Virus record (IMG/VR): IMGVR_UViG_2627853864_000004
Direction: 5' to 3' (one strand)
Source: an uncultured virus (IMG/VR IMGVR_UViG_2627853864_000004)
Lineage: Duplodnaviria; Heunggongvirae; Uroviricota; Caudoviricetes
Length of the DNA: 20,000 nucleotides
This document shows positions 1-8,356 of the stretch, one piece after another. Numbering within the stretch: position 1 is the first letter of the stretch; every line of letters starts with the position of its first letter. Under the pieces are notes generated by a model. It had not been told where the DNA came from. It did no database searches and saw only the letters and a program-made list of their open reading frames with translations. Both the position numbers and the translations under genes were made by a program.

Positions 1-6
1 CCGGCT

Positions 7-54
7 CGATGCCGCTGGTTTCTTTGCCTCTCCGGTAAGAAACCAGCGGCATCG
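7..54. terminator. Strong hairpin, probable intrinsic terminator of an upstream gene
   Basis: Perfect 18-bp inverted repeat CGATGCCGCTGGTTTCTT (7-24) / AAGAAACCAGCGGCATCG (37-54), followed by CTAGTTTT on the + strand. Confidence 0.75.
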
Positions 55-168
55 CTAGTTTTCGGAGGAGGTTCCGGACGCGCCGCGGGACATAGTGCAC
101 AGCCGCCCCTGGTTACGGTGCGCGCACGGTGGCCGCCGCAGGGGCGGTCGCCGGCGGAAGGAGCCGAC

Positions 169-939
169 GTGCGTGAGATGTGGGAACTGCCACGGCCAAG
201 TGCGGGCAGCCGTGCGACCCGCGTCGTGTTGACGCTGGCGCTGGTGTGGGCAACGGTGGCGGTCCCACTGACCGTCTGGCTGGCTTTGCGTACCCCGCCG
301 CCGGAACCGGTGCCAGCCACCCGAACCCCATCGGTGCTCGAAGCCGCAGCGTTGCGCTACGCCAGCCAGACTCTGTCGACAGGGCCGGTGACACTGGCCT
401 CGACGGTGACGACGGCGACCGCGCGGCTGGAGGTTCAAGAAACCGCCGATCCCTCACACGCCGTCTCCTACGGAAAAGTCCGCTCAGGTACGCAGACCGC
501 CGAGCTGTTGGTGGTCGGCACACGTGTGCTGCTGCGAGGTGATTCGGCGTTTTGGTCCAGTGTCGGTGTCCCCACCGCAGAGCCCGGGTGGATCGAAGTC
601 GGTGACCGTCTCGGACGCATCCCGTTCCCGCTGTCCGAGGCCATCACGGCACTGGGCGCAGACAGGGTGGAAGTGAACACCCCCACGGCTGGGTCGGACA
701 CGATGACGGCGCGTATCGGCAACTTGGTCGCCGACTTCAACGCGGCGGGGGTATCGGCGTTGACTGTCGGCGGACGCAGTGCGGCGGTGACGCGTGCCCC
801 CGCCGACGCGCCGGCCCGCGTGTCGGCAGTGGCGGGCTCCGATCCGGCCGCGGCGAAATTGGTCGGCGCTTCCGGATCGCTGACGGTTTCGGCGCCGACT
901 GCGCCGGAGCCCCCACCAGTTCCGGCCCCGGGTTCCTGA
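169..939 (+). CDS. Membrane-anchored exported hypothetical protein, possibly LolA/LppX-like beta fold
   Basis: RBS GAAGGAG (157-163) precedes GTG at 169. N-terminal TM helix VVLTLALVWATVAVPLTVWLAL, Pro linker and beta-rich body. ELLVVGTRVLLRGDSAFW resembles actinobacterial LppX/LprAFG-like proteins (weak). Confidence 0.75.
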   Translation: MREMWELPRPSAGSRATRVVLTLALVWATVAVPLTVWLALRTPPPEPVPATRTPSVLEAAALRYASQTLSTGPVTLASTVTTATARLEVQETADPSHAVSYGKVRSGTQTAELLVVGTRVLLRGDSAFWSSVGVPTAEPGWIEVGDRLGRIPFPLSEAITALGADRVEVNTPTAGSDTMTARIGNLVADFNAAGVSALTVGGRSAAVTRAPADAPARVSAVAGSDPAAAKLVGASGSLTVSAPTAPEPPPVPAPGS

Positions 940-1078
940 CCACCGGCCGCTGGTCTTTCGAAAACCGCTGTCAGCGCGGGGACATGACAGCCTCAGCGGT
1001 CCGTGTCCGCATTGTCGGACACAGATTCCCGGTGGCACCCTGGCCAGCACACCCCGACTGCATGAGAGGCAGACGCAA

Positions 1079-2308
1079 ATGACGGCACAACCCTGGTCCC
1101 TGCCGCCCGAGCTGAGCGCAGGGATGCTCGAAACCGGTTCTACAGGGGCGACGTGGGCAGCCGCGTCGGCCGCATGGATGGGTTTGGCGTCGACCACCTT
1201 GGCAACACTGGGCATCGTTGGCGAACAAATGATGGCCTCACTGTCGTCCATCTCAGGCATGCGTTCGGCCATCCAATCAGCGGCGACGCCGCCCTTTATG
1301 ACCTGGCTGGCCTCCATGGCTGCGATCGCGTTCAAACAGTCGGCGATCAATGCTGTAGTTGCCGAAAGTTATGGAATGTCGCGGACATCGATGATCCCGT
1401 CGGAGCAGTCGATCAACAATCGCGTGCGGGAGCTGGCAGCCGAGTCGACCAACTTCTTCGGGCAGAACACACCGCTGATCGGCGAGCTCAATGGAGAGTA
1501 CGCCGCGTACACCGCCCAGAACACCATGATTGGAACCACTTACGGCGAGGTGATCACGGCGGCCACGCTACCGGTGCCGATCCCGCCTCCGCCGCCACTG
1601 AGCAATGCGGCGTCCGCTGTCGCCGACGGCGCTCAGGCGGTGCAAGGTGCCACCAATATGGTGAGCAGCGCCGGACAAGGAGCTTCACAAGCTGCCACGC
1701 AGGCCACTTCGGCGGTTACCGATACGGGAGCGAGCACGGCCGGCACCTCCTCGGACATGACCTCGATGCTGGGGCAGTTCGGTTCGGTGCTGTCGAGCCC
1801 GATGCAGATGGCCTCCAGCTTGCCGCAGTCGTTTCAGCAGCTGCTGTCGGCACCGATGCAGATGTTCGGGTCGTTGTCCGGCATGGGTGATCTGCTCAAC
1901 GGCGGATCGACCGGAAGTTCCTTCGCGCCTGCGACGTTGGCCGGTTCCGGTGGTCTTCCGCTGGGCAGTACCGGGATCAACCCTGCCTCGATGGGCGCCG
2001 GCGGAGGCGGCGGAGTCCCCGGAATGGGGGGCATGGGATCGCCGTTGATGGCCAAGCCTACTGGCTCCAGTGACAGTGTCAGTGCACGGAATACAGTGCT
2101 GTCCGGCGTGTCAAATGTCGCCCAGGAGAAAGTGATCGGCAGCGCCCCGGTGGGAACCCCGGGTTCGGGGATGGCACCAGGAGCCGGCGCCGCTGGTGCT
2201 GGCGCACGTGACCGCAGCCGCTCCGATTCGGTCGTTCTGTCGTACGCCGGCAGCGGGGACATCCCACGCCGGGCGGCCGAAGGTAACGAGCGCGAGCAGT
2301 TCACTTGA
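1079..2308 (+). CDS. PPE family protein, ESX-2 (PPE69)/plasmid-ESX-like
   Basis: N-terminal WSLPPEL, AAASAAWMGLA, PFMTWL, NNR and TNFFGQNTPLI are PPE-domain motifs. The segment IGTTYGEVI...IPPP and the PMQ-containing Gly/Met-rich tail recall PPE69. RBS GAGAGG upstream. Confidence 0.92.
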   Translation: MTAQPWSLPPELSAGMLETGSTGATWAAASAAWMGLASTTLATLGIVGEQMMASLSSISGMRSAIQSAATPPFMTWLASMAAIAFKQSAINAVVAESYGMSRTSMIPSEQSINNRVRELAAESTNFFGQNTPLIGELNGEYAAYTAQNTMIGTTYGEVITAATLPVPIPPPPPLSNAASAVADGAQAVQGATNMVSSAGQGASQAATQATSAVTDTGASTAGTSSDMTSMLGQFGSVLSSPMQMASSLPQSFQQLLSAPMQMFGSLSGMGDLLNGGSTGSSFAPATLAGSGGLPLGSTGINPASMGAGGGGGVPGMGGMGSPLMAKPTGSSDSVSARNTVLSGVSNVAQEKVIGSAPVGTPGSGMAPGAGAAGAGARDRSRSDSVVLSYAGSGDIPRRAAEGNEREQFT

Positions 2309-2316
2309 GCGGCAAT

Positions 2317-3840
2317 TCAAGCCACGTTTCCCACTGCATCGCCGCCGAGGACGGCCAGTGCCGCCGGCTCCGCTGGCTCGGGGGCACAGACCGCATACAG
2401 CGTGGTGTGATGCTTGGTGACATCTGAGCCAATCACCGCTAGCCGGGTTCCAGCCGGGAGCATCACCGCGTAGCCGCGGCGGGTGCGCACTGCGACACCG
2501 CGACGTACGCGTGCCTTCAGCGCAAGCCGGTGGCCTTCCCCGGGCACGACATCCTGGTCGATGCGTCCCAGCGTCGGTGCCGTCAATGTTGCTCCACCGG
2601 CGCTGCGCAACTCTGCGGCCAGAGCGCTCACGTCCTGCCATGGAGGGGTCGCGAAGTTGATGGTGACTTCGACTTCAGTGCCGAAATCGAAAGGCTCTGC
2701 AGCAGCGAGCAGCGTTATCTCGTCACGGTGCACGTTCGGAAGCGTGACGTAATCCTCGAGGCGGGTGTCGGCGCTGAGCTCGTCGCCTGGATCACCACCG
2801 TGTCGCATCCTGGCGAGCATCCCAGGCGGCGCTTCCACCGGCCGTATGGAGGTGTCCGGCGCCAGTGGCAGTTCGCCTGCGGCCAGTGCTTCGAACGGGC
2901 CGGTTGCTGCAACCTCTTCGGAGCGCTGACCGCCGACCAATTCCGCGATCGCTGCCGCCGCTGGGCTGACAAGGAATTTTCCCGGTGCGGCCCCAGGCTG
3001 CAGCACCAGCTCCTCGCCCGCTTCGCCACTGAGCCGGCGCGTCATCGAGGCCACCCAGCTGCGAACACCCGGTGAACACATCCGCAAGCAGTCCGTGACC
3101 ACCTCCCGAGGCCAGCGCGTCGGGCTGCGGGTGTCCCCAACGCCGGCGGTGATCTCCAGAGGTGCGGCGATTCGTGCGGTCCATGCGCCGGGCAGCGCAT
3201 CGGGTCCCGCGTCGACCACAACCGTTGCGGGGTGTCCGGCGACGGTGACCGTCGAGGTGGCTCGCAGCCAGCGCATCCCTGTCGTACGACGGGAGTCTTC
3301 CCGGGTGGCGTAGTCGGGAAGCAGCGCAGTCCGGCAGCCGAGCATTCCGGTGCTGGAAAGCAGATCGCTCGCGAGTACGCCGGCCAGCGGCGCCGGTGCG
3401 GGGGCGTCTTTGGCGGTCATCTCGATCTGGCTGCAGGCGTGCTCGAGGAACCGGGTCTGCAACCGTGCCACCAACGCCGCCGCGGCGAACCACTCACGCC
3501 ACGGGCGCGCCACGGCAGCGTTGAGTGTGTCGGGGTGGCCCGCCGCGGCGTCGGCCAGTGCCAGCGCCAAGTAATAGGCATCGAGGACGACCTGCTGATC
3601 GGACTCAGTGGCCCTGCGGGTCCGGGAGGGACGTGACAGTAGCACCTGCCGAAGGGCAGCAGCGGCTGACAAGTGCAGCATCTGCTCGTCGATGCGATGC
3701 CCGGCGGTATAAGCGACGTCGTCGGGATCGGGGTCCACGCCGTTCATCACCGCCGCGATCGCTTTCTGTGCACGGGTCAACCGCAGGGCGTTGGCGCGTA
3801 CCGCTGACCGGCGGCGAAGCGGGGCCTGTGTCAGATCCAT
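2317..3840 (-). CDS. Hypothetical 507-aa protein; C-terminal domain resembles a degenerate VIP2-type ADP-ribosyltransferase fold
   Basis: Long ORF. Start moved from 4227 to ATG 3840 because the extension overlaps a + strand gene and a TACCGT -10 box lies 7 nt upstream. C-terminal segment YAVMLPAGTRLAVIG. Confidence 0.75.
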   Translation of the reverse strand: MDLTQAPLRRRSAVRANALRLTRAQKAIAAVMNGVDPDPDDVAYTAGHRIDEQMLHLSAAAALRQVLLSRPSRTRRATESDQQVVLDAYYLALALADAAAGHPDTLNAAVARPWREWFAAAALVARLQTRFLEHACSQIEMTAKDAPAPAPLAGVLASDLLSSTGMLGCRTALLPDYATREDSRRTTGMRWLRATSTVTVAGHPATVVVDAGPDALPGAWTARIAAPLEITAGVGDTRSPTRWPREVVTDCLRMCSPGVRSWVASMTRRLSGEAGEELVLQPGAAPGKFLVSPAAAAIAELVGGQRSEEVAATGPFEALAAGELPLAPDTSIRPVEAPPGMLARMRHGGDPGDELSADTRLEDYVTLPNVHRDEITLLAAAEPFDFGTEVEVTINFATPPWQDVSALAAELRSAGGATLTAPTLGRIDQDVVPGEGHRLALKARVRRGVAVRTRRGYAVMLPAGTRLAVIGSDVTKHHTTLYAVCAPEPAEPAALAVLGGDAVGNVA

Positions 3841-3847
3841 GATGCAC

Positions 3848-3853
3848 ACGGTA
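3848..3853 (-). promoter_or_regulatory. Candidate -10 hexamer (TACCGT) of a leaderless transcript
   Basis: TANNNT lies 7 nt upstream of ATG 3840 with no RBS, the usual mycobacterial leaderless geometry. Confidence 0.5.
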
Positions 3854-3970
3854 TGCAGACGTGGAGGTTGTGGTCGTGCCCGCGGTACGACACGCCGGTG
3901 CCCGCACCTTACGCCTAGATGCCGACACAAGCGCAGCTGCGACCCGCGCCGTGTACGCGAGAACTGGCGG

Positions 3971-4345
3971 ATGCAACTTACTGTGCCCGCCATGATTCCG
4001 ATCCAGGACGCCGGCCGAGGGACTCTGCTGTACATGCACACTCTGGCCTCGGCACTGGCCGCCACATCCGACGAGACGGTGGTGCTGCTGGACCTGACCG
4101 GTGTGCGGGAACCGTCCCCCGCCGCGCAGAAGGCAGCGGTAGCCGCACATCTGGACGCCGCGATGGCTCGGCTGGACGCCACGATCCGGTCGAAGAAAAT
4201 GGCACCGGCACGGATACCGCGAGCCACGCAGGGACGCCTGATGATTCAGGACGGCGAGGTCTACGACGCTGTCGCCCACACCTACCAGCCGGGATTCCCT
4301 TTCGCCGCCTTCGTCACCGCTTTCGTCGCCGGCAGCCGCGGCTAG
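3971..4345 (+). CDS. Hypothetical protein (~124 aa), weak resemblance to a MinD/ParA N-terminus
   Basis: ORF with high-GC3 codons filling the gap before the 754-aa gene; segment LASALAATSDETVVLLDL. Start uncertain. Confidence 0.6.
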   Translation: MQLTVPAMIPIQDAGRGTLLYMHTLASALAATSDETVVLLDLTGVREPSPAAQKAAVAAHLDAAMARLDATIRSKKMAPARIPRATQGRLMIQDGEVYDAVAHTYQPGFPFAAFVTAFVAGSRG

Positions 4346-4393
4346 ACGTGACCCGTTCCGTCCGCAGATCCAGTCAGATGAGGAGAGCCGATC

Positions 4394-6658
4394 GTGAGTG
4401 AGTCCACAGGGTCGCAGGGTGTCCCCAACCCGACCCACGACGCCGCAACGAGTGACGCGACCAAGCCTGCCGCTGACGCTCCCCCAGCATCGGCACCGGG
4501 CACCGCAACAGCAGCAGCGAATACTCCTGCCGCTGCTACCAACACCACGTCAACGACGAATGCGGCCAAACCGGCAGCCCCAGCTCCGTCAACTGCCGGC
4601 GCCGCCAAGCCCGCCGGCAAGCTCACCGCGACCGGAACGGTCAAGGGAGCCGGGGGCCTCTACAAGGCCCAGTACAGCAGGGGTGTCGATGTTCTCGACA
4701 AGGGGATCGAGAAACTCGGCGCCAAGGGAATGGCCAAGAGTGCCTTGAAGATAGGTGCCCGTGCAGTGCCCGGTATCGGCACCGTCGTCGGCCTCGGATT
4801 CGCCGCGCAAGACCTCAAAGACGGCGACGTTGTCGGTGCCCTTCTCAATACAATCGGCGCAATCCCCGGGCCCATCGGATGGATCGGATTGGGCGCAGGC
4901 CAGGCGTGGGAGGCATTCGGACCCGACTGGCACCTGTGGGGCAACGGCGGCGCCGGCTACGGACTGTGGGACGCCCCCGACGGCACTTCCACACACATGT
5001 TGCCCGCCGCGGCCAGTGAGGCCGCAGGGGTCCGAGAGGTCGACGCGGCGCTGGCGACGGTGCAGCGCAACATCTTCGGGTTTGAAGACGGGCCGAACGG
5101 CTCGGTGTGGAACTCGAACCCGCCGGCGGCACTGACCCTGGATACCCCGCAGGTCGAAGCCGCGGTGAAAACGTGGCTGACCGGTATCGCGGACTTGTTC
5201 CATCAAATGGATCAGACCATGGCCCAGTCCGGGGAGCCCTACTTCGAGCAGTACCGCCAGAAGCTGGCCCCGCACTTTTCGGCGATCGCGGCACTGCCCG
5301 ACAAAGTCCCTGAGGTGATGGCGCAGCTGCGCGCCGGGTCCAAGGCAGCCGAATCCGCCTACGACGCGCTGCTGGCCGCCAATCGCAACGCCCGCAACCA
5401 GCTCACCGACCACGGCGCGCTGACCGATCAATCACCGGCGACAACGCTGAAGAACACCCTCGAAACAGAGCTGACCAAAGTGCAGGCCGCCGCCGACAAG
5501 CTGGCGACCGTGTTCGACGGCCCGATCCCGGCCCCGGTACAGGCACGGTCGGCAACCGCCAGCCCGCACGACAAGACCGCCACCACCCCGGTCACCGCGC
5601 ATCCGTCGCCACTGGCCCCGACACCCCCATCGCCGACCAGCCCGTCGGTGAAAGACACCGGCACAAGCGACAAGTCAGACCTGGGCAATCTGCTGTCGAA
5701 GCTGGGCCAAACCCCGCCCGCCGGTTCGATGGGCACACCGATGGGCGCACCGTCGACCGGCTCCGGCGGTGGCGGCACCCCGTTGAACAGCCCAGCATCG
5801 TCGAAACCGGATTCTGAGCCCAAGAAGTTGCTCGATGACGACAAGGACCACAAGAAGCGCGAGGACCGCAAGCCCGAGCCGCTGACCGCGGTGAAGTCCG
5901 ACACGGCCAAGCCGGCGAGCACTGCGCCGGTCACCGCGGGGACTGCCCCCGCCGCGCCGGTGACCGGTGTTCCACCGACCGCCAAGCCGGCGGTCGCACC
6001 CGAGCAAAGCAGAGAGGTTCAAGTGAAAGACCGCAAAGTCACCTTCCCCGACGCCAAGAGCGCCAAGCTGGCGCAGGTGCTGGCGGCCGCCGATCCGACG
6101 CATCCGGTGTCGCTGGCCGATGCCGCTGCCCAGGCCGGACTCAAGCCTCCGGTACCGGGTCAGGACCTTGGGCAGCAGGTCGCACCGGTCGACGCCAAGC
6201 CCGGCGACATCCTCGACACCGGTGACAAGAAGTTCATGCTGCTCGGCGACGGCGCGTTCTACGACCTGTCGGAGTACAAGGTGGTCGACGCGAGCGCGCT
6301 GCCGCAGGACATGGGTGAGCGCGCCGCGTACTTCCATCTCGAAGATGCCGGTGCCGCATCCTCACCGGTATCCGGTCAGGCTCCCGCCGCGACGACCTTC
6401 GACGTTCCCGGCGGGACCCCCGAGCCACACGTTCCGGCCGACGGATCGCCCGCATCACCGGCCGCACCCGCGGGGGCCCCGGCCGATCCTGCCGTGGCGC
6501 CGGAATCCGGGACGCAGGCCATCCCGTCCGTCGGAACTCCCGGTGTGCCACGCCAGGGCGAGGGTGGGCCGGCCAACGCCGCGGCCACCGACACCGGCAC
6601 CGGAACCGACGTCCCGTCGTCAACGGCGCCGCGGCTGGATCCGGGTGCGGTCAAGTAA
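4394..6658 (+). CDS. 754-aa Pro/Ala-rich putative type VII-associated protein: hydrophobic hairpin, helical bundle and inactive NlpC/P60-like C-terminal domain (DUF4226-protein-like architecture)
   Basis: RBS GAGGAG (4380-4385) before GTG. Contains ARAVPGIGTVVGLGF...GAIPGPIGWIGLG, a long amphipathic helical region and AQAGLKPP...VAPVDAKPGDIL...LLGDG. Confidence 0.85.
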   Translation: MSESTGSQGVPNPTHDAATSDATKPAADAPPASAPGTATAAANTPAAATNTTSTTNAAKPAAPAPSTAGAAKPAGKLTATGTVKGAGGLYKAQYSRGVDVLDKGIEKLGAKGMAKSALKIGARAVPGIGTVVGLGFAAQDLKDGDVVGALLNTIGAIPGPIGWIGLGAGQAWEAFGPDWHLWGNGGAGYGLWDAPDGTSTHMLPAAASEAAGVREVDAALATVQRNIFGFEDGPNGSVWNSNPPAALTLDTPQVEAAVKTWLTGIADLFHQMDQTMAQSGEPYFEQYRQKLAPHFSAIAALPDKVPEVMAQLRAGSKAAESAYDALLAANRNARNQLTDHGALTDQSPATTLKNTLETELTKVQAAADKLATVFDGPIPAPVQARSATASPHDKTATTPVTAHPSPLAPTPPSPTSPSVKDTGTSDKSDLGNLLSKLGQTPPAGSMGTPMGAPSTGSGGGGTPLNSPASSKPDSEPKKLLDDDKDHKKREDRKPEPLTAVKSDTAKPASTAPVTAGTAPAAPVTGVPPTAKPAVAPEQSREVQVKDRKVTFPDAKSAKLAQVLAAADPTHPVSLADAAAQAGLKPPVPGQDLGQQVAPVDAKPGDILDTGDKKFMLLGDGAFYDLSEYKVVDASALPQDMGERAAYFHLEDAGAASSPVSGQAPAATTFDVPGGTPEPHVPADGSPASPAAPAGAPADPAVAPESGTQAIPSVGTPGVPRQGEGGPANAAATDTGTGTDVPSSTAPRLDPGAVK

Positions 6659-6684
6659 GTGCGGATACACGGAAGGAACGATTG

Positions 6685-7650
6685 ATGGCCGGTGAGATCA
6701 GCAGCGACGGAGCGGCGCTTGTTTCCGGGGCGCAGAAGGCCGACAGCACGCTTCCCGGCAATGCTGACCGAACCCCCGCAGCCCCGGGGGTGCATCCAGG
6801 GTTGACGGCGGCAGTCGATGACACCACCAAAGACGGTGAGCGAGCGCGCGACAAGGTCAAAGACGGCACAAAGAAGACCGACAAGTTCGCCAAGGGTGTC
6901 GAGGATCTCGACAACAAGGGCGCCAAGGGCGTCAACAATGTTGGCTCGATGCCCACGGTTCCGTCATCGGCACCCCAGCAGAGCGCACCAACGGCTCCCT
7001 CGCCCGCACCGATGCCGGCCCCGGTACCCGCAACCCCGCCAGCCGGTGTCACCAGTATCGACCCACAGATTCTGGCAGCGCTGATCGAAGCGTCGCGCGC
7101 GCAGGCCGAATCCGATGGCGCCAATGGAATCTTCCCTCACAGCGACGATCCGTTCGCAGGCTCTTCGGCGACCTCGCCACAAAACCCCGATCCCCTTGAC
7201 GTATCGCAAGTGTCGCTGGCGAAGTACCCCGGTGGACCGCTAACGGCCCAGGAAACAGCGTCCGTGATCAATCAGGCGCTGACCATCAACGGGATCCCTG
7301 ATGACCCTGCCCTGCGTGAGCAGTGGCAGGCCTTGTATCAGCACATGTCCCAAGGCGAGTCCGGCGGAAATCCGAACGCCGGCAATGGATGGGATTCCAA
7401 CGCGACCGGAATGATTATGGAGGATGGGTTACCGTCCAACAGCAGCCGCGGTCAGTGGCAGTGCATTCCGTCCACATTCGCGGCCTACCACATGGCAGGT
7501 ACGTCGAACTCGATCTACGATCCGGTCGCCTCGGCGAGCGCTTCGATCAACTACGTCATGGACACTTACAAGGTCGGGGCTGACGGTTCGGGTCTCGGCG
7601 CGTTCATGTCGCGTCAAGGTGTCGGTACGGGTGGATACCAGGGATACTAA
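6685..7650 (+). CDS. Lytic transglycosylase (SLT domain), Rv3896c-like, ESX-associated
   Basis: RBS GGAAGGA (6671-6677). SLT motifs: catalytic GESGGNPNA, NGWDSNA, SRGQWQCIPSTFAAYH, IYDPVASASASINY and C-terminal GY. This closely follows the pattern of the SLT adjacent to ESX-2. No Sec signal peptide. Confidence 0.9.
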   Translation: MAGEISSDGAALVSGAQKADSTLPGNADRTPAAPGVHPGLTAAVDDTTKDGERARDKVKDGTKKTDKFAKGVEDLDNKGAKGVNNVGSMPTVPSSAPQQSAPTAPSPAPMPAPVPATPPAGVTSIDPQILAALIEASRAQAESDGANGIFPHSDDPFAGSSATSPQNPDPLDVSQVSLAKYPGGPLTAQETASVINQALTINGIPDDPALREQWQALYQHMSQGESGGNPNAGNGWDSNATGMIMEDGLPSNSSRGQWQCIPSTFAAYHMAGTSNSIYDPVASASASINYVMDTYKVGADGSGLGAFMSRQGVGTGGYQGY

Positions 7651-7738
7651 GCCGGAAGCTGTTGTCGTGCCTTGTCAGTCGGACCGGGTGACGGCGGCGA
7701 CACGGTGCCGCGACGCACGGCATTCGCCATCAGCGCCA

Positions 7739-7987
7739 TCAGTTCGCCTCGTTTCGCCGGTGTGCTGCTTTTTCTTCGGCGCGGGCCTGACGCAGCGCTG
7801 TCCGTGCGGCAGCGCGGCGGGAGCTTCTGTTCGTGGGGGTCAGGTTCGTGCCGGAGGCAGCGACTTGATCAAGGATCGAGGCCAGGCGTGCGAGGTCTGA
7901 TGGTCCGTGCCGATTCTCGTGGCGAGTGTCGTTCAAAGCGTTGCGGCTTCCTCTTCGTTTTGATGTGCCGTCATCTGCGTCAGGCAC
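7739..7987 (-). CDS. Possible small basic hypothetical protein
   Basis: Overlaps the stop of the upstream minus-strand gene and has a helical NRSSRRAAAR tail. Start uncertain (GTG 7987 or TTG 7936). Confidence 0.35.
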   Translation of the reverse strand: MPDADDGTSKRRGSRNALNDTRHENRHGPSDLARLASILDQVAASGTNLTPTNRSSRRAAARTALRQARAEEKAAHRRNEAN

Positions 7988-8306
7988 TTAGGAGACTGGT
8001 GTCGTCGTCGAATAGCGTCGGCGGGTCGGGTGCCAGCGCCGAGCCGAAAGTGATTCGCGCGTTTGTGTGCGTACAGACGCGCGGCCTCAGGGGCGCGTCG
8101 TTCCGCCCGCACTTCGCCTGCACCGCATTGCGGGAAGCGATAACTCGTACCAGATGCGCGACGCGCTCATCGTCAATCGCCCAGACGCACCCGGGGTGCG
8201 GAGCCTGCGACCAGTAGCCGAGTCCAAGCGCCCGACAGGCTGCGATCTCTTGCCGCGTCGTGGCGGAAATTGCCGTGACCTCGCCGAGGATCTGTTCGGA
8301 GCCCAT
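7980..8306 (-). CDS. Hypothetical protein (108 aa), leaderless
   Basis: ATG 6 nt downstream of a TAGTAT -10 box; globular-looking sequence (YWSQAPHPGCVWAID). Confidence 0.7.
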   Translation of the reverse strand: MGSEQILGEVTAISATTRQEIAACRALGLGYWSQAPHPGCVWAIDDERVAHLVRVIASRNAVQAKCGRNDAPLRPRVCTHTNARITFGSALAPDPPTLFDDDTSLLSA

Positions 8307-8312
8307 GCCGCC

Positions 8313-8334
8313 ATACTACTCTCCATTTTAGAGA
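8313..8334 (-). promoter_or_regulatory. Quasi-palindromic operator-like site plus -10 box (copy 1)
   Basis: The minus strand reads TCTCTAAAATGGAGA-G-TAGTAT-GGCGGC-ATG. A near-identical copy lies at 12199-12219. Confidence 0.7.
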
Positions 8335-8356
8335 TATAGCGGTGCGCGGGAATCGA

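Noticed and set aside
2077..2097. TGTCAGTG-N7-TACAGT resembling a PafBC/RecA-NDp promoter
   Set aside because: The spacer is one base short of consensus and the site lies inside the PPE coding sequence.
3841..4227. N-terminal 129-aa extension of the 636-aa minus-strand ORF
   Set aside because: It overlaps the + strand gene antisense and has shadow-like Arg/Cys composition. A -10 box supports the start at 3840.
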